A stretch of 64,000 nt of DNA. Origin: Ramazzottius varieornatus (lineage: Eukaryota; Animalia; Tardigrada). Below the pieces are notes generated by a model. It was given only the letters and a program-made list of their open reading frames with translations, ran no database searches and was not told where the DNA came from. The translations under genes and the position numbers were made by a program. The stretch covers positions 2,415,826-2,479,825 of the forward strand of contig BDGG01000002.1 of NCBI GenBank assembly GCA_001949185.1, read 5' to 3'. Of this stretch, positions 1-12,129 are shown piece by piece (position 1 is the stretch's first letter; each line of letters opens with the position of its first letter).

Positions 1-465
1 ATACCGAAAGGTACACCTATACTGTTTGCGTAGAGAATAGGTCCGGTGTATCACTCACCGGCCCGATATGGAATGTGCCAAGCATGTCAGGCTGTTTCGC
101 TTATCGATGGATGAACTGACCGTCGACACGCGGAATATTTTTCAGGTACTCAAGTGATGATGCATTTGTACTCCGTTCACCACGACCCAGAATTATGGGA
201 GGATGTAGAAGACTTCAAGCCCGAACGGTTCATAAAGGATGGAAAAATCGTAGTTCCCGAATACTTCGTCCCGTTCGGCGCCGGCAGACGTTCGTGCATT
301 GGCGAACAACTGGCCCGCAAAGAACTTTTCCTAGTGTTCGCTAATGTACTCTCCAACTTCAAGCTGGAGCTGCCCTCTGGGGCGCAACTTCCTTCCCTAG
401 AACTGATGCAGGCTGTTGTTCTGTATCCCAAACCTTTCGACATTGTTGCAAAATCCAGAAAGTGA
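1..465 (+). CDS. Cytochrome P450 (CYP2 clan), 3' end only: tail of the penultimate exon (1-10) and last exon (146-465)
   Basis: PERF motif (FKPERF) and heme-ligand motif PFGAGRRSCIGE; GT..AG intron 11-145; last exon closely paralogous to 4639-4958. Confidence 0.93.
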
Positions 466-789
466 TGCCGTATCTGGACAAGCCGAACGCAGGACTTTAT
501 AGGTCTCACGACACGCCTGACGGTACTCTCTTTATCATTAGTCAGTGGCAAACGAAGCACCATTTACCACTGATATATCGTAAGCTGTAAGAGAAAGAAC
601 CGAATTTGAGGTAGCCCGTGTAAGTTGATCGAGGTGGTGAAGGCCGGGCGATTGGCAGCTTGGTTTTTTAACGTTTACTTCATCTGATACGTGTTATCGT
701 ATCGTTGTTCTTCGATTTCGGGCAAGCGGTCATCAGCCAGTTTCTTTGTGGACCCGCGGTCCATGAGGTTCTCTGGCACAAATAGGGAG

Positions 790-1090
790 CCGCGTTCCAT
801 AGGCAAATTTTTGTCATGAAAATTTGCCTAATAGAAAAGTTTTCGAACTTTGTACCTTACGTCACGACTCGAGTCACCGGCTCCGGTCGGTACAAACGGC
901 TCGATCAAATACCTGCATAAAACGCGCCTAAGAAGTTTTAATTCAATAACAGCAGCGAGGGAGTCGGGCGCAAAAAGACTGACACTAGACAATTAGCTAC
1001 ATCATCTGTGCACTCTTTACCGTATTCGGTCGACGAAAAACCCGTCAGTATTAGGCAAATTTTACAACGATGTTTGCCTACGGGATGCGC
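790..1090. mobile_element. Old MITE-like element; each end carries a TAGGCAAA..TTTGCCTA hairpin
   Basis: Left end ccgcgttccataggcaaatt matches the reverse complement of the right end (gcgcatcccgtaggcaaaca); internal palindromes at ~800-830 and ~1052-1080. Confidence 0.55.
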
Positions 1091-1179
1091 CTGCAAAGTG
1101 AAAAAAACAGGTCTGGTCCCCCAGATTTTCGGTCCCTGACGCGCGTTCGATTTCGGGTTTCTTTTTGTGCATGTTATAG

Positions 1180-2432
1180 AACCTGAGAGATCGTAAGCTA
1201 ACCACGGACCGATCGATGGATCCTTGGATATTGCTATCGGTCCCAGCAGGGTATGGCTAGGTTCGGGCTAGACCTGTACTGTACCAAGTCCAATACTTAA
1301 GTGGGCTAACCGTCATGCTTTGACAACGGTATTACTGCTTACCAGATTCAGCCACTTGATCGTCTTCAGGGAAAGCTGATTAGCCAAGCTTCACGTTGAT
1401 AAGCCTTTTTTGACAATGTTTAATAACAGAGATTATCAAATAAAACTAATGACCATAATAACAGTCCATTTTTACAGAAATGCAGGTAGGTCAGTTGGAC
1501 TCGTTACGGTTTGCGTTTGACTGCTGTCGACAGGCGGGATGCGACGCCATTGCGATCGACAGACCGCACGTGCTGATCGCGTATCATAATTCTCTTCTTA
1601 TCGAGACGTCCATCGGCAACGGGCTCCGCTCCGCCGACCGTTGTGGCATGGGTCCAGTCTCAGTCAAATTTCATCCGTAAATTCTTGAGAAGTTTGAGAA
1701 AGATTCTGAGAGGATTTCTTCTCGAAATCTTCTCAAAAGGGCAAACAGTTTTGTGAAACTTCCATGCTTATCGAAGCGTAGCGAAGCTAGCACTCGATGC
1801 CCCTTGATACTGTCTCCCATTTCATGTCAAAAAAGGGGTGGTTCGGAGCTAAAAATGTTATCCCGTAAATTGGGCTGCCGATACCCATATATCAAAGCAG
1901 CCCTTAAGGGACAGCGCTCGGGGGATACCAAGTCCTTGTAGGATACTTCAAGGCGGAAACAGTACGCACTTTCCGAAGTCACTACAAAGTCCGAGTCCAA
2001 AGTCCATGTCGCAAGTCCAGAACTGGCTCGTTTGAGTCACTGAAGGAAAGACAAAGTGTAGGAGACTTTGGACTTCAGGCAAACTTCATGTGCCGGGCAA
2101 TAGCGCCACCGGGTCTCCACCGCAGTCGCGGATCTTGGGCTAAAGGTAAGAGTTGTAGACACTACAGACATCAAGTTGCCACCGCCAGATGAAAGTCCCA
2201 CTGTAGCTATGATGAGTTGCAACGTCATTCATAAGCGCAACAGCTGATCAGAACTTTGAATAGTTGGGCAGCCACCATGCTTCCCAATGCTAGCTAACCG
2301 CAACTCCGATTACGCTATTTTTCGAAAATAAGGGGAGCTCTGGAAAGCAAAATGTAGTTAGACGTCACGAGAGGGGCGGAGCAAGGCAGTAGCTACAGTC
2401 GTAAAGTGAACGGGGTGGCAACTTAATCTCTG
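1180..2432 (+). repeat. ~1.25-kb segment present again in inverted orientation at 53538-54825
   Basis: Near-identical reverse complement; the same short ORFs (MQVGQLDSL.., MKLPCLSKRS..) appear on opposite strands. Confidence 0.95.
2165..2432 (+). mobile_element. MITE family A (Tc1/mariner-type, TA-flanked), copy 1
   Basis: TIR CAGA(C/G)AT(C/T)AAGTTGCCAC..GTGGCAACTTAATCTCTG, TA on both sides; four copies in the window. Confidence 0.88.
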
Positions 2433-2642
2433 TACTAATCTTATCATCAACAGCAGTGCAATAATATGTAACCGATCACCTTGCAGACAGTCTGTTGGGT
2501 AGTCGCTGAATCAATGCCATTGACGCAGATGCTTTGGTTAAAAGTTACCCGACGCCCGTTAATCTCGTGTCTGGAAGATTCTTACCGGTTCTACCCCCAA
2601 CTAAGATTAATTTTGTCTTTTTGTAGCTTTGTGGCTTATGAG

Positions 2643-4958
2643 ATGATCTCTATCGTGTTGGGAGTAGCAGCACTGCTCGTTGCTGTGTATTACTGGTGGG
2701 CGAACAATGCGTCGGAAGGAATCCATTCGGACAACTTTCCGCCAGGACCTAAAGGACTGCCCATCGTTGGGGACATCTTCCTCTTTGCCTCTAAATCACG
2801 GCATACGACCATCCAGCAATTCGGCAAACAGTTCGGCGGGGTGTTTAGCACACGAGCCGGCACTGCGTAAGACCATGCAAACCGTGGGCAATGTTAGCGG
2901 CAGCAAAAGTGCCTTCTTCTGGTTTTTCTTTTCGGGTTGACCATGGCCTCCCGTACTAACAGAGTTCTGATTCTCCCAATTAGACCACGGGCCGTCTGGG
3001 TCACTTCTTACAAAGGATTCCGGGAAGCCTTGATCGATCGAGCTTGGGGTTTCGCTGGACGCCCGGAAGGCGTGTTTTTCAAAGATCAGAGTTCAGTACA
3101 TCATCCAGGTATCTACACGCGACTTAACTTTGTACCGGTATAACTGGCTACTCCACACGGAAGAGCTGACCGTGAACATTTACTGTATATACATTGTAGT
3201 TTTGTCGCGTTCACAGGTATGATAATCAGTGGAACAGAGGAGTCCGCCAAGAACGTGAGAAAATTCACCTTGGTCACACTGCGCAACCTGGGCTTTGGTC
3301 AACGCAGTATGCAAGCCAACATTCTTCAGGAAGCCGAAAACGTCATCACGGAGTTTCGCCGAAAGAAGAGCGAACCGTTTAATCCAAGAAGCATTGTCGC
3401 ATTGGCCACAGCTAACGTAATCGCTTCCATCACACTTGGAAGAACCTTCAAATACGGTAAATATTAATAATAATGAATGCATCCTCCACTCGAAAGAGAG
3501 TAATTAAGTTTATTAGGACACCCGGTCCGCAGATCAGACGCGTCTTCTTTATTTTTAACGAAGAATAAACTGTGTATGGATCATACCTCTCCGTACTGCA
3601 TCCGAAATTCTACCGCAATGTTTCCGCTCGATTTGGCGACAAACTGGTCAAAGCTTCCAAATCAAGGCAAAGGTGGTCAGGCAAGCGATACAAATATCCC
3701 ATCAAGCATTTAGAGGTTAGGGCATACCTTTGTAGACTTATGAGGATCATGATAGCGGAGGCCTTCAAAGTTCCCTGAGCAAGCAGTAAAGAACTGCTAC
3801 TGTAGTTTGACAAAATATTCGGCTTGTACTCGGAATATTTCATTTTTTCAGGCGACGAGGGTATGGTGATGATGACGGAAACAATCACCTTTGGAATGAA
3901 ACAGATCCTGGTGGCTGCCCGCGATCGAATGTTCCCATTCATGAAGTACCTGCCAAACAATGCACGCACCATCATGGCCGAAGTGTTTGGTTCTATAAAA
4001 GGATTTCTCAACAAAATCATCGACGAGCATCGTCCAACGCATGTGCCAAACGAGCCCAGAGACTTTATAGACGTTTGGCTGGATCAAAGTACCGACGTCG
4101 TGACGCCCACCAACTCTATATACTCCTCGGAACGTCTACCCAATGTGTTGGTGGATCTGTTCGCCGGAGGGTTCGAAACAACCGCTACCGCTTTTCAGTG
4201 GTGAGCAGCTCCCAATGCATGTGTATCTCGGCTTTGAATTTCGTTTTTGTCTGTTTGGGCTATCGTAGGCTCTTCGTCATGATGTTACACCACCCAGAAA
4301 TTCAAAGCAAGATCCATAAGGAACTGGATCGAGTGGTGGGTCTTAATGCGGAAGTGACTTTGGACCATCGTGATGAACTAGTGTATACTGAAGCTGTCAT
4401 CTTGGAAACTCTTCGGGTATATCCGCTTTTGCCCTTCGCTATTCCGCACCAAGCTACGGATGACACCATGCTTGGTGGCTACCTGATTCCGAAAGGTAAG
4501 ACCATTATGGCGAAAAAGCGTAGAAAATAGCAGTTGGTGTTCTTGCCCAGATGTTTCTACGGCTCGCATTCGTTCATAACAGAATAGCGACAAGCTTTGA
4601 ATTTTCCTTTGTAATTCAGTGAATTGTTTTTATTCTAGGTACTACGGTAATGATGCATTTGTATTCCATCCTTCACGATCCCGAACTATGGGACAACGTC
4701 GAGGAGTTCAAGCCGGATCGTTTCATCAAAGACGGTAAAATAAGCGTTCCTGAATACTTCGTGCCGTTCGGCGCCGGCCGACGCTCCTGTATCGGGGAAC
4801 AACTGGCCCGCAAAGAACTCTTCCTCGTCTTTGCCAACATCATGTCGCATTTCAACCTGGAAAAACCTGCCGGAGCTGAAGTTCCTTCCCTAGAGACAAT
4901 ACAGGCTGTTGTTTTACAGCCAAAGCCTTTCGAAATTGTTGCAAAACCCAGACAGTGA
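2643..4958 (+). CDS. Cytochrome P450 (CYP2 clan), complete, 6 coding exons (2643-2866, 2984-3108, 3217-3456, 3852-4200, 4269-4495, 4639-4958)
   Basis: N-terminal TM anchor plus PPGP hinge, I-helix DLFAGGFETT, K-helix ETLR, PDRF, PFGAGRRSCIGE; phase-compatible GT-AG introns. Confidence 0.95.
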
Positions 4959-5236
4959 GTGACTTTATTCTTATTGTTTATTCTTATCGATATTACAATA
5001 CGCATCTTTGGACTCGCAACACTAACCAGCTGCCCAAAATCGCAGTATGAAGATATAGCATATCGTTTCCTATTCTCATCCTCCACAACATAGATACACA
5101 ATAAATACTTATATATATTAAATTATATCGTTCCGTTCCCATATCAAAGAACAATGAAAATTGATCTTGAAGGTCTTCGGTATTTGACGTTACAACTGTT
5201 GAGCGGTCAGTTTCGTTGGCCAATGGCAGCGGTATC

Positions 5237-8200
5237 TCAACCGATTGGATACGGAACTGGAGGTGGAGGACCGTATGGTACTGGTTCAGGTGGGCCTGGA
5301 TATGGCTCTGGTATTCTTCCGTAATAGTTCTGCAACATAGTGCGGGATTTTTTCTTGCTCAAATGTCTGGTGGAAATCTAGTGCTAATGATAGGCCGATG
5401 ATCCAAGAAAAAATAATAAGATCTTACCGCTGGCTTTTGGATTCCGAAAAATTTGTACAAATCCAGTTGCGGAATCATCTTGCAAGGTACGAGTGGGTTC
5501 CTGAATCAGAAGAACAGGTAACTTAATCAAACTGTATTTGAGTGACCGAACTTGATGGTGAAAAAAATGAAAAGAAAACGAATGGACTTACAGCTCCGAT
5601 ACGTCCAAGAATGAATTCCAGGGGGCGCTGCGCAGTTCCGTCGTGGCGCAGATTAGCTGTGCCATCGAAGCCGTCTTCCTGATCATTTCCAGTTGTTCTC
5701 GATGAACAAAATAAATTGTATCGATGCCAAAATTAGCGGATCATTAAAGTATAGATGGCTCTTACCAGGCTTGAATTGATCTGGGTTCTCGAACCAGAAG
5801 CGATCCGCCACTCGTTTGCCGCGGAACTCCAAAGCGATGACGCAAGCAAACGTCGGGCCGACACTGGCTTCACCGTTGACCGGATTCTCCATCATACCTC
5901 CAGCGTTGAAATCCTAAACCAACCGGCAAAGATCATAAATTATTCCCCGGTTGTTTTGTTTAGAGGAAACCACTTACAATGTCGTCGACAGTCTTGTATA
6001 GCTTTTGCAAAATGGCAATGTTGTCGTAGGGCATGAAGTCTTTCAGGTCGGCGAAGTCGTAGGCTCGTCCATATCCGCAGGCTTCCCTAATGTCGTTGTA
6101 AGTTCCCAAACCTGGAGGAAAAAGAACATGAATCGTTTCCCCATGGTACCTTCTATATCTAACTCTAGATTGACAGCGTACCGTGATCACGTCCTCGTTG
6201 GATAGCGATGGCTTCCAAATCTAGGCCGAACGGTAGTCTTCCGCGGAAGAGTCTTCCTTGGAGTTCCAGGGTAACTTGTCGGTCAAAAGCCAACGAGATC
6301 TCTTCCAGCATGCCGTTGATGATAGCGTCTGCGTTACCGTCTTCATAGAGAAGCGTCTGGTTGTTGAACTGGGTGGATAAGAGGTGTGCTTCCGGCGGAC
6401 CAGTCGAGAAGATTAACCTACGAATGAATGCAAAGTTCAAGTAAGCACACAGACAAACATGACCGTTGCGTCGCGCGTCACTTCAGTGTCCACCACCTAC
6501 TCGATCCTCAAGTTCAGCACGGAAGAGGAAGAAACCGGTGAACATAAACACAAGCCTGACTGTCGCCACAATTTGTCTGCGGAAGATCCCCAACACTTCA
6601 TATGAGCTACTGTAAAGTGTTCGAGTTTTGGTATACTTGATTGCTTGATTTTAATGGCAGCTTTCCTTTGCTTGCCGGGCAATGAGCCATCCACAATGTT
6701 TACGTACAGTCCATTTGTGATTCTGGAGTTTACTTCCGAATGCTCATTTCTTAATTAGTGCTTTTCGGATTTTCTCGTCATGGTCAAATGTTTGAGCTCA
6801 CCTTGGTACAACATCGGCGACCAAACTGTGCATCCTGAAAGCCGACGTGGTGAACTCGTTGATGACATGTGGGTCGTATGTCTCATCGTAGCCTTCGAAG
6901 TATCCTTCATGTTCCAGCTTGAGAGCGTAGCGTTTATGGCTGGCTATCTTCTCGCCAAGAATAACCGGCAGAAGCTCTTTGTAGATGATTGCTTGGTACG
7001 TGGCCACAAAGATCTTCCTGGTTTCCTGGAACAGAACCTCGTCCGACCAGTCAGGGTACACGGCGGCCATGAAGTTGGCAATGTGGTTGTGGTAGCGCAT
7101 GAAGACGGTGTGGAGAGCCATGAGAGGTGGCTGCTGGTTGACACGGTCATCGCCGGCCAGGAAGCATGTGCGACGAGGGTCGAGTGCTTTGCATGAGGTG
7201 GGACCGTGAGACGGCAGAGACGGCAGGATCATCTGGAAGATGTCGGTGTACTGGTCGTTGGGGATACCGGTGTAAATGTCGCGGAAGGCCAACTGCCCTT
7301 TGTAGAAGTTGCGGATGGCCAGATCTTGCTCGTCCGTGTTGCCGTAGACCATGGAAGCGTCGAGCCAATGTGTTACTGTGCTGAACTGCTCCCGAACTCC
7401 TGTACACAAAGCAGACAGTGAGAACAGTGTGGAGAGCCAGCTGGCAGTAAATGTTACTATGTTATGAGACCCAGCCAAACGGGATGAGAATACCGAGCTC
7501 CGAGTGAAAATAAAATTATTCAAAATCTCGCAATTCCGACTAATAATTTCAGAATTCAGAATGTTACAGATTTACAGAATTTTACTTTTGTCTGGATATT
7601 CATTCATTTCCTTTCGTGCTCGCTCTCGAATGTAGTAATATTTCATCATTTTCAGCTCAGATCTGAACCGGTTTGGCTTGCAGATGGTTTGACGAGTGTT
7701 GTATTGGTGGGTTCAGCAGACAAGGGTTTTGGGTATTAATTTGACAAGTCCGAGTGAAGATGATTGCCAGAAATGACAATCTGGTACTTTGTATATTGAG
7801 TGACGGATGTAAAAGCTAAAGTTTACAGTAGCCGGAGATGTAGAGTGGTCCGACAGTATCGGAATACACCACGGTTAGCGGCTACTGCACCAGCAGTATT
7901 ACAGTGTAGCTCCTTGAAGAGGGCACTTACCGTAGCGACAGCGAGCTTCTTTAGACGGCAGTGAACGGGCAAACTGATGGCAAGTGATATTGAAGCGCGA
8001 GTAGAATGGATCATAAGGAGGGATGGAGAATTGGAAACACTCGGCTACTTGACAGTCGGCGTTGATGACACAACAATCAGGTTGTCGATTGTTCACTTGA
8101 AATGACGGCGCTAAACAATACAAGAAACACAACTTGACAGAATAACCCCAACATGATACCCATACAGTACATCTAAGTTAGTGACATCGGCACACGATAC

Positions 8201-9753
8201 ATAGGCAAAACTTTCTCTTGTTGGAGAAGAATCGGGGAAAATTGATGACATCCAATGGATATCCATTTTCCCTTAAAAATTTCTATATGTACGCCAAAAA
8301 ACTAAAACTAAACCGATCGAACGTATCGAACACAAATGAAATTTGATTGTGGTTCTTCTAATTTTCTGGGTTGGATCGACTTCGCCATTGCAAAATTACC
8401 TTCTTTAACAGTGTGATAGTTTAATTAGATAACGGCGAATTATACAGAGTACCATTTTTTCTTACTTAGAGCTAAGTCGTGTCCAATCATTTGAGCAAAA
8501 TACGGCATGAGAAGGTTGGCCGCTGGATGGGGGATAGGCTTGTTCTGGCTCATTGCCACACTGATGACTCGGGCATTGGGCAGTGGTACTTCCTTGTCGT
8601 AGTCCTTCACCACCGAAAAGATCCTCGGTACATCCTTGCCTGTAACAGCCAGCGGAAATTAATTTATAATACCGTGGGTCGATCGTGGCTAAGCTCGGTC
8701 GTGACTTCTGGTCAGCGTGGGAACCAGCAGGCATGTTGAATACAATGCTCACCGTCTTCATAAGTACGCTGGGTGATGCGTGAGTAGGGTTGTGTGCGGT
8801 TACCCCAGCTGGGATACTTGAGGTTGTTGCATATGCCTTCGAATGAACGGTACTTCAAGAAGCGATGGCAGTCCACTTGATCTTCGTATCCTGGAGCCGG
8901 ACATTCCCTGAAGAAAAAGAGCGCTTTTAGAGTATCACTTCGTTACGGTACTAACGATATTTTTCGACAACCTGGTTTAATTCGGAGCGAAATTATTTCT
9001 ACAGGAACAGGTCCTGACCTCGAGAAACTGATCCTGTTATTCAGGTGGGCTTTCCCACTTACTCTGGCATATAGCGCATTGATCCATGTTCGTTCATCTG
9101 ATGTGGCGAGTATCCACTGTGTGACAGCACATCCGACGATGGCCGATTCTGATCCGAATAACTCGGGATGGCGGCTGACGTACTGTAGCTGGGCTGATGG
9201 CGTTCCGAGTACCCCGGTGGTCCGTATTTGGAAGGATGCGGAAGTGTCAAAAATAAATCCGTCACAACTGGAAAAAAGTTGGAAACATTGTTCGGTGCCG
9301 AATTCTTTCAAATTAACTGCTTTCCTTTTATTTCAATTTTCCCCGATTTCAGTTAAAATGTCGAAGAGCAAATGGACCAGTTTTGTACGATCACTTGGAG
9401 GTTCAGTCTCAGATATTCAACACTAGGTGCTTACTGCATCGCTCTGGTCCAGGATAAGGTCTATTCGGTGGTGGACCATACACTGGCCTCTTCTCCGGAT
9501 ACGCATGCGGTTCCATCTCCCGGTAGTACCCTGGACTTCTCGGAGGTCCATAATGTGGTGGTGACTTGGCTACTTCAGGGTATATCCTGGGTGCGTAAGG
9601 GGGTGACTCGGCAGGGACATTGTAGGATAGTATTCCTTGAATTAGAACCGTCTGTAGTATAACCACCAGACACAGGGCAAAGGTAGATCCATGACAGGGC
9701 AGGAAAAGGGTGAGGTGGTCATGGGAAGAACCCCGTCGGCCTCCAGCGGCCAT
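5237..9753 (-). CDS. Secreted animal heme peroxidase (peroxinectin/chorion-peroxidase-like), ~12 exons, Pro/Tyr-rich N- and C-terminal extensions
   Basis: KYRSFEGICNNL, AQMIGHDL, WLDASMVYG, AGDDRVNQ, AFRMHSL, IQRGRDHG, VGPTFAC, DRFWFE; hydrophobic signal-like stretch after MAAGG; start codon inferred. Confidence 0.9.
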
Positions 9754-9915
9754 TTCCTTTGTGATGGACGAGCCAGACACGCTCTGACTGTCGATGAGAC
9801 CTCTCCGTAGACTATGGGATATTGTACTTGACTTGAGCGAAAGACACAAAAGACAAGTCTACAGCCAGCGCACAAATGAAGAGAGCCAACAACGGCGATG
9901 ATGATGGTATTAGAC

Positions 9916-9959
9916 GACTGATCCGATGGAGAAGGATCAAGTCGCGGATGCCTTATATA
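9916..9959 (-). promoter_or_regulatory. Candidate TATA box (TATATAA) and TCAGTC initiator-like motif upstream of the peroxidase
   Basis: Minus-strand TATATAAGG at 9959-9951 and TCAGTC at 9921-9916; spacing slightly longer than canonical. Confidence 0.35.
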
Positions 9960-11493
9960 TGTGGTCAGTTAGCACGAGTGACCCATGCTAAAGTACCTTC
10001 CGAATACTCGTGTACTGCGGATAGATGGTACGTGAAGGCGGTATGAGCGGTAGTTCGGTCGGCGAAGAGGACTGTCATGATGACGAGCCGCCGGAACAGT
10101 ACTTTAATTCTGGTAAAAACCCATGTAATGGATGATGTTATCTATCGGTAAGTATTTCATATAAATCTGGCCTCCTTCTTGTGCGGCGAACCGTGCTACA
10201 CTTTGCATGTGATACAACTTCCCAGCGACGCCTGTGTTTTTCTCTTGTCCGCAAACCCGTGCATGGCGATGGTTTAAACATTCCTAGACCGGAGACATAC
10301 GTAATGCTCGTAATGAACTTCTTTCCCTCCACAAAACAAACTTTAATAAGACGATGAGTGAAGGGAAATTGAGCGGAACGCTTCTGTAATTCCTTCTAAT
10401 TTGTGATAAGCCATGCGTTAGGTGACCAGGAAGTTATACTGTCAACCCCTGAACCATAGTCACACGTGTCGTCATCGATGTCATTGTTTACGAGGAATAC
10501 CCGCCACTCCTGTGGAACACTCCCGGCGGAAAATTAAAGGTTGGCAACCTGGTACTTATACGACGTGGGTTACTTTGGATGTCGCCGTCACGCCATACAC
10601 ATTCCAAAAGAGAGATCGCAAAAATTTTAAATTTAATTTTCGGATAGTACTTCTTTGGTCCGAAATTTTTTGAAATTTGCATAGCCGGCTAACGAAATGA
10701 AAAGTCGTTGAAGCTATTTTTGTGATGGTTTCAAGCGTGTGTTGGTGACCTGAAAGATCTTGTATCAGATTGACAGCATCGAACCTCAAATTAGCGATGT
10801 CCGACTGACCAACGTCAAGTTCTCTTCATCATCACTTTGATATCTCATTGCGCGCCGGTCCGCGCGTCAGAACTTTGGCGCGTACGCGGTAGTCGGAGGC
10901 ACAGGACAAGTGCAAGTGCATTCTAATGAGGTCGGTATTAATTGCTCGGATTAAAAACATGTCCTTTCCGCTTCGTTCGCCGTCTGTTCATGTGCAGTCA
11001 GTATCATCACCGCGCTGGAAGAGCACCATCATCTTGAGAGAACGCACACCATCGCGCGGTCGCGATCTCCGAATGGGGCAAACTACACAAAGAAATGATA
11101 TTGGCTGGAAATGACGCGGGTGGCTTGGACGACCGCCATCTACATTTGATCAAGCATTTGCGCTACGCGCTCTTGATCAATCAAAAACCGCTGTTTGCGC
11201 AGACTGTACAGTATTAATTTAGCTACCCACAACCCAGCCATTCCGTGATAGTTCTACCCATCAGCAGGTCAATCTGCCTATCCCGCCATGTGAACCTGAA
11301 CCAAGAGCCCACAGCGACCCATTGCACTATCATCATACACTTACCCTCTGCTCACACGACGTTGTAACGTAATCATCAAGGCAATCGTGTTCGTGTTTTC
11401 GTTCTGGAAAAAAAGAACTCAGTGTCGAAGAAGAGCAAACGTGAACCACAACAGCAAAACGGGTCGGCGAACAGCTTGATGTGGTCGTTTTCC

Positions 11494-11542
11494 CAAGTGG
11501 CGCACACTTTCTGCCAATTACACTGACGACATCCGCCAATTG
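11494..11542. repeat. 49-bp palindrome unit, family B (CAAGTGGCGCAC-N25-GTGCGCCACTTG)
   Basis: caagtggcgcac + 25 nt + atccgccaattg. Confidence 0.75.
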
Positions 11543-11567
11543 AGACGACGATTTTCTTCAATATGAT

Positions 11568-11677
11568 CATACAGTGCTGAAATGCATTACTTCCGGTGGT
11601 CACGTGACGTCAGTCACCGTTGACTGACGTTATATGACCACGTGACACCGGAAGGGATGCATTTTCAGCACTGTATG
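11568..11677. mobile_element. Short palindromic MITE with TA|CAGTG..CACTG|TA ends (Tc1-like)
   Basis: Nearly the whole 110 bp is an imperfect inverted repeat (catacagtgctgaaatgcat..atgcattttcagcactgtatg). Confidence 0.75.
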
Positions 11678-12129
11678 CCGACGTCCTGACTATCGTAAAA
11701 CTTTTCCCCAGTCCATCGCGACCGATGTCGTGTCAAGGCAGCAGGGGAAACAAAGAATTTTCAAGGCCATGCCCGAGTATCAGTATTCGGTGTGAGCAGA
11801 AAATGGAGAGTGTTTGACTTCCGGTCGCACAATGTTTTTTTATTGGAAGGATATTTAGCAACATTAAACAAAAACGATCGTTGGAGCAACAAATGGAAAG
11901 AAGCTTCAGAGAAACGAGCTGAAAAAGCGCGATTTGGCCATCTCACATCCATGATCACTCTTCCCAAACCCATCATTCAACCTCGCTCCGCTTTGATAAA
12001 ACTACCAACCAACCAGAGACTGTTACAAAAAGGGAAGAGAAAGTTAACACAGCTTCGTATAAACTATGCGGATAATTTAGATGCTAATTGCTAGATACGA
12101 AAGAGAAAGAAGATATATTTATGATAAAA

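Noticed and set aside
1480-1941. Short ORFs conserved in two copies (MQVGQL.., MKLPCL..)
   Set aside because: Conservation reflects recent DNA duplication; no domain or splice support.
177-5101. Antisense ORFs over the CYP last exons (177-563, 4673-5101) and similar antisense ORFs elsewhere
   Set aside because: Shadows of the real coding strand.
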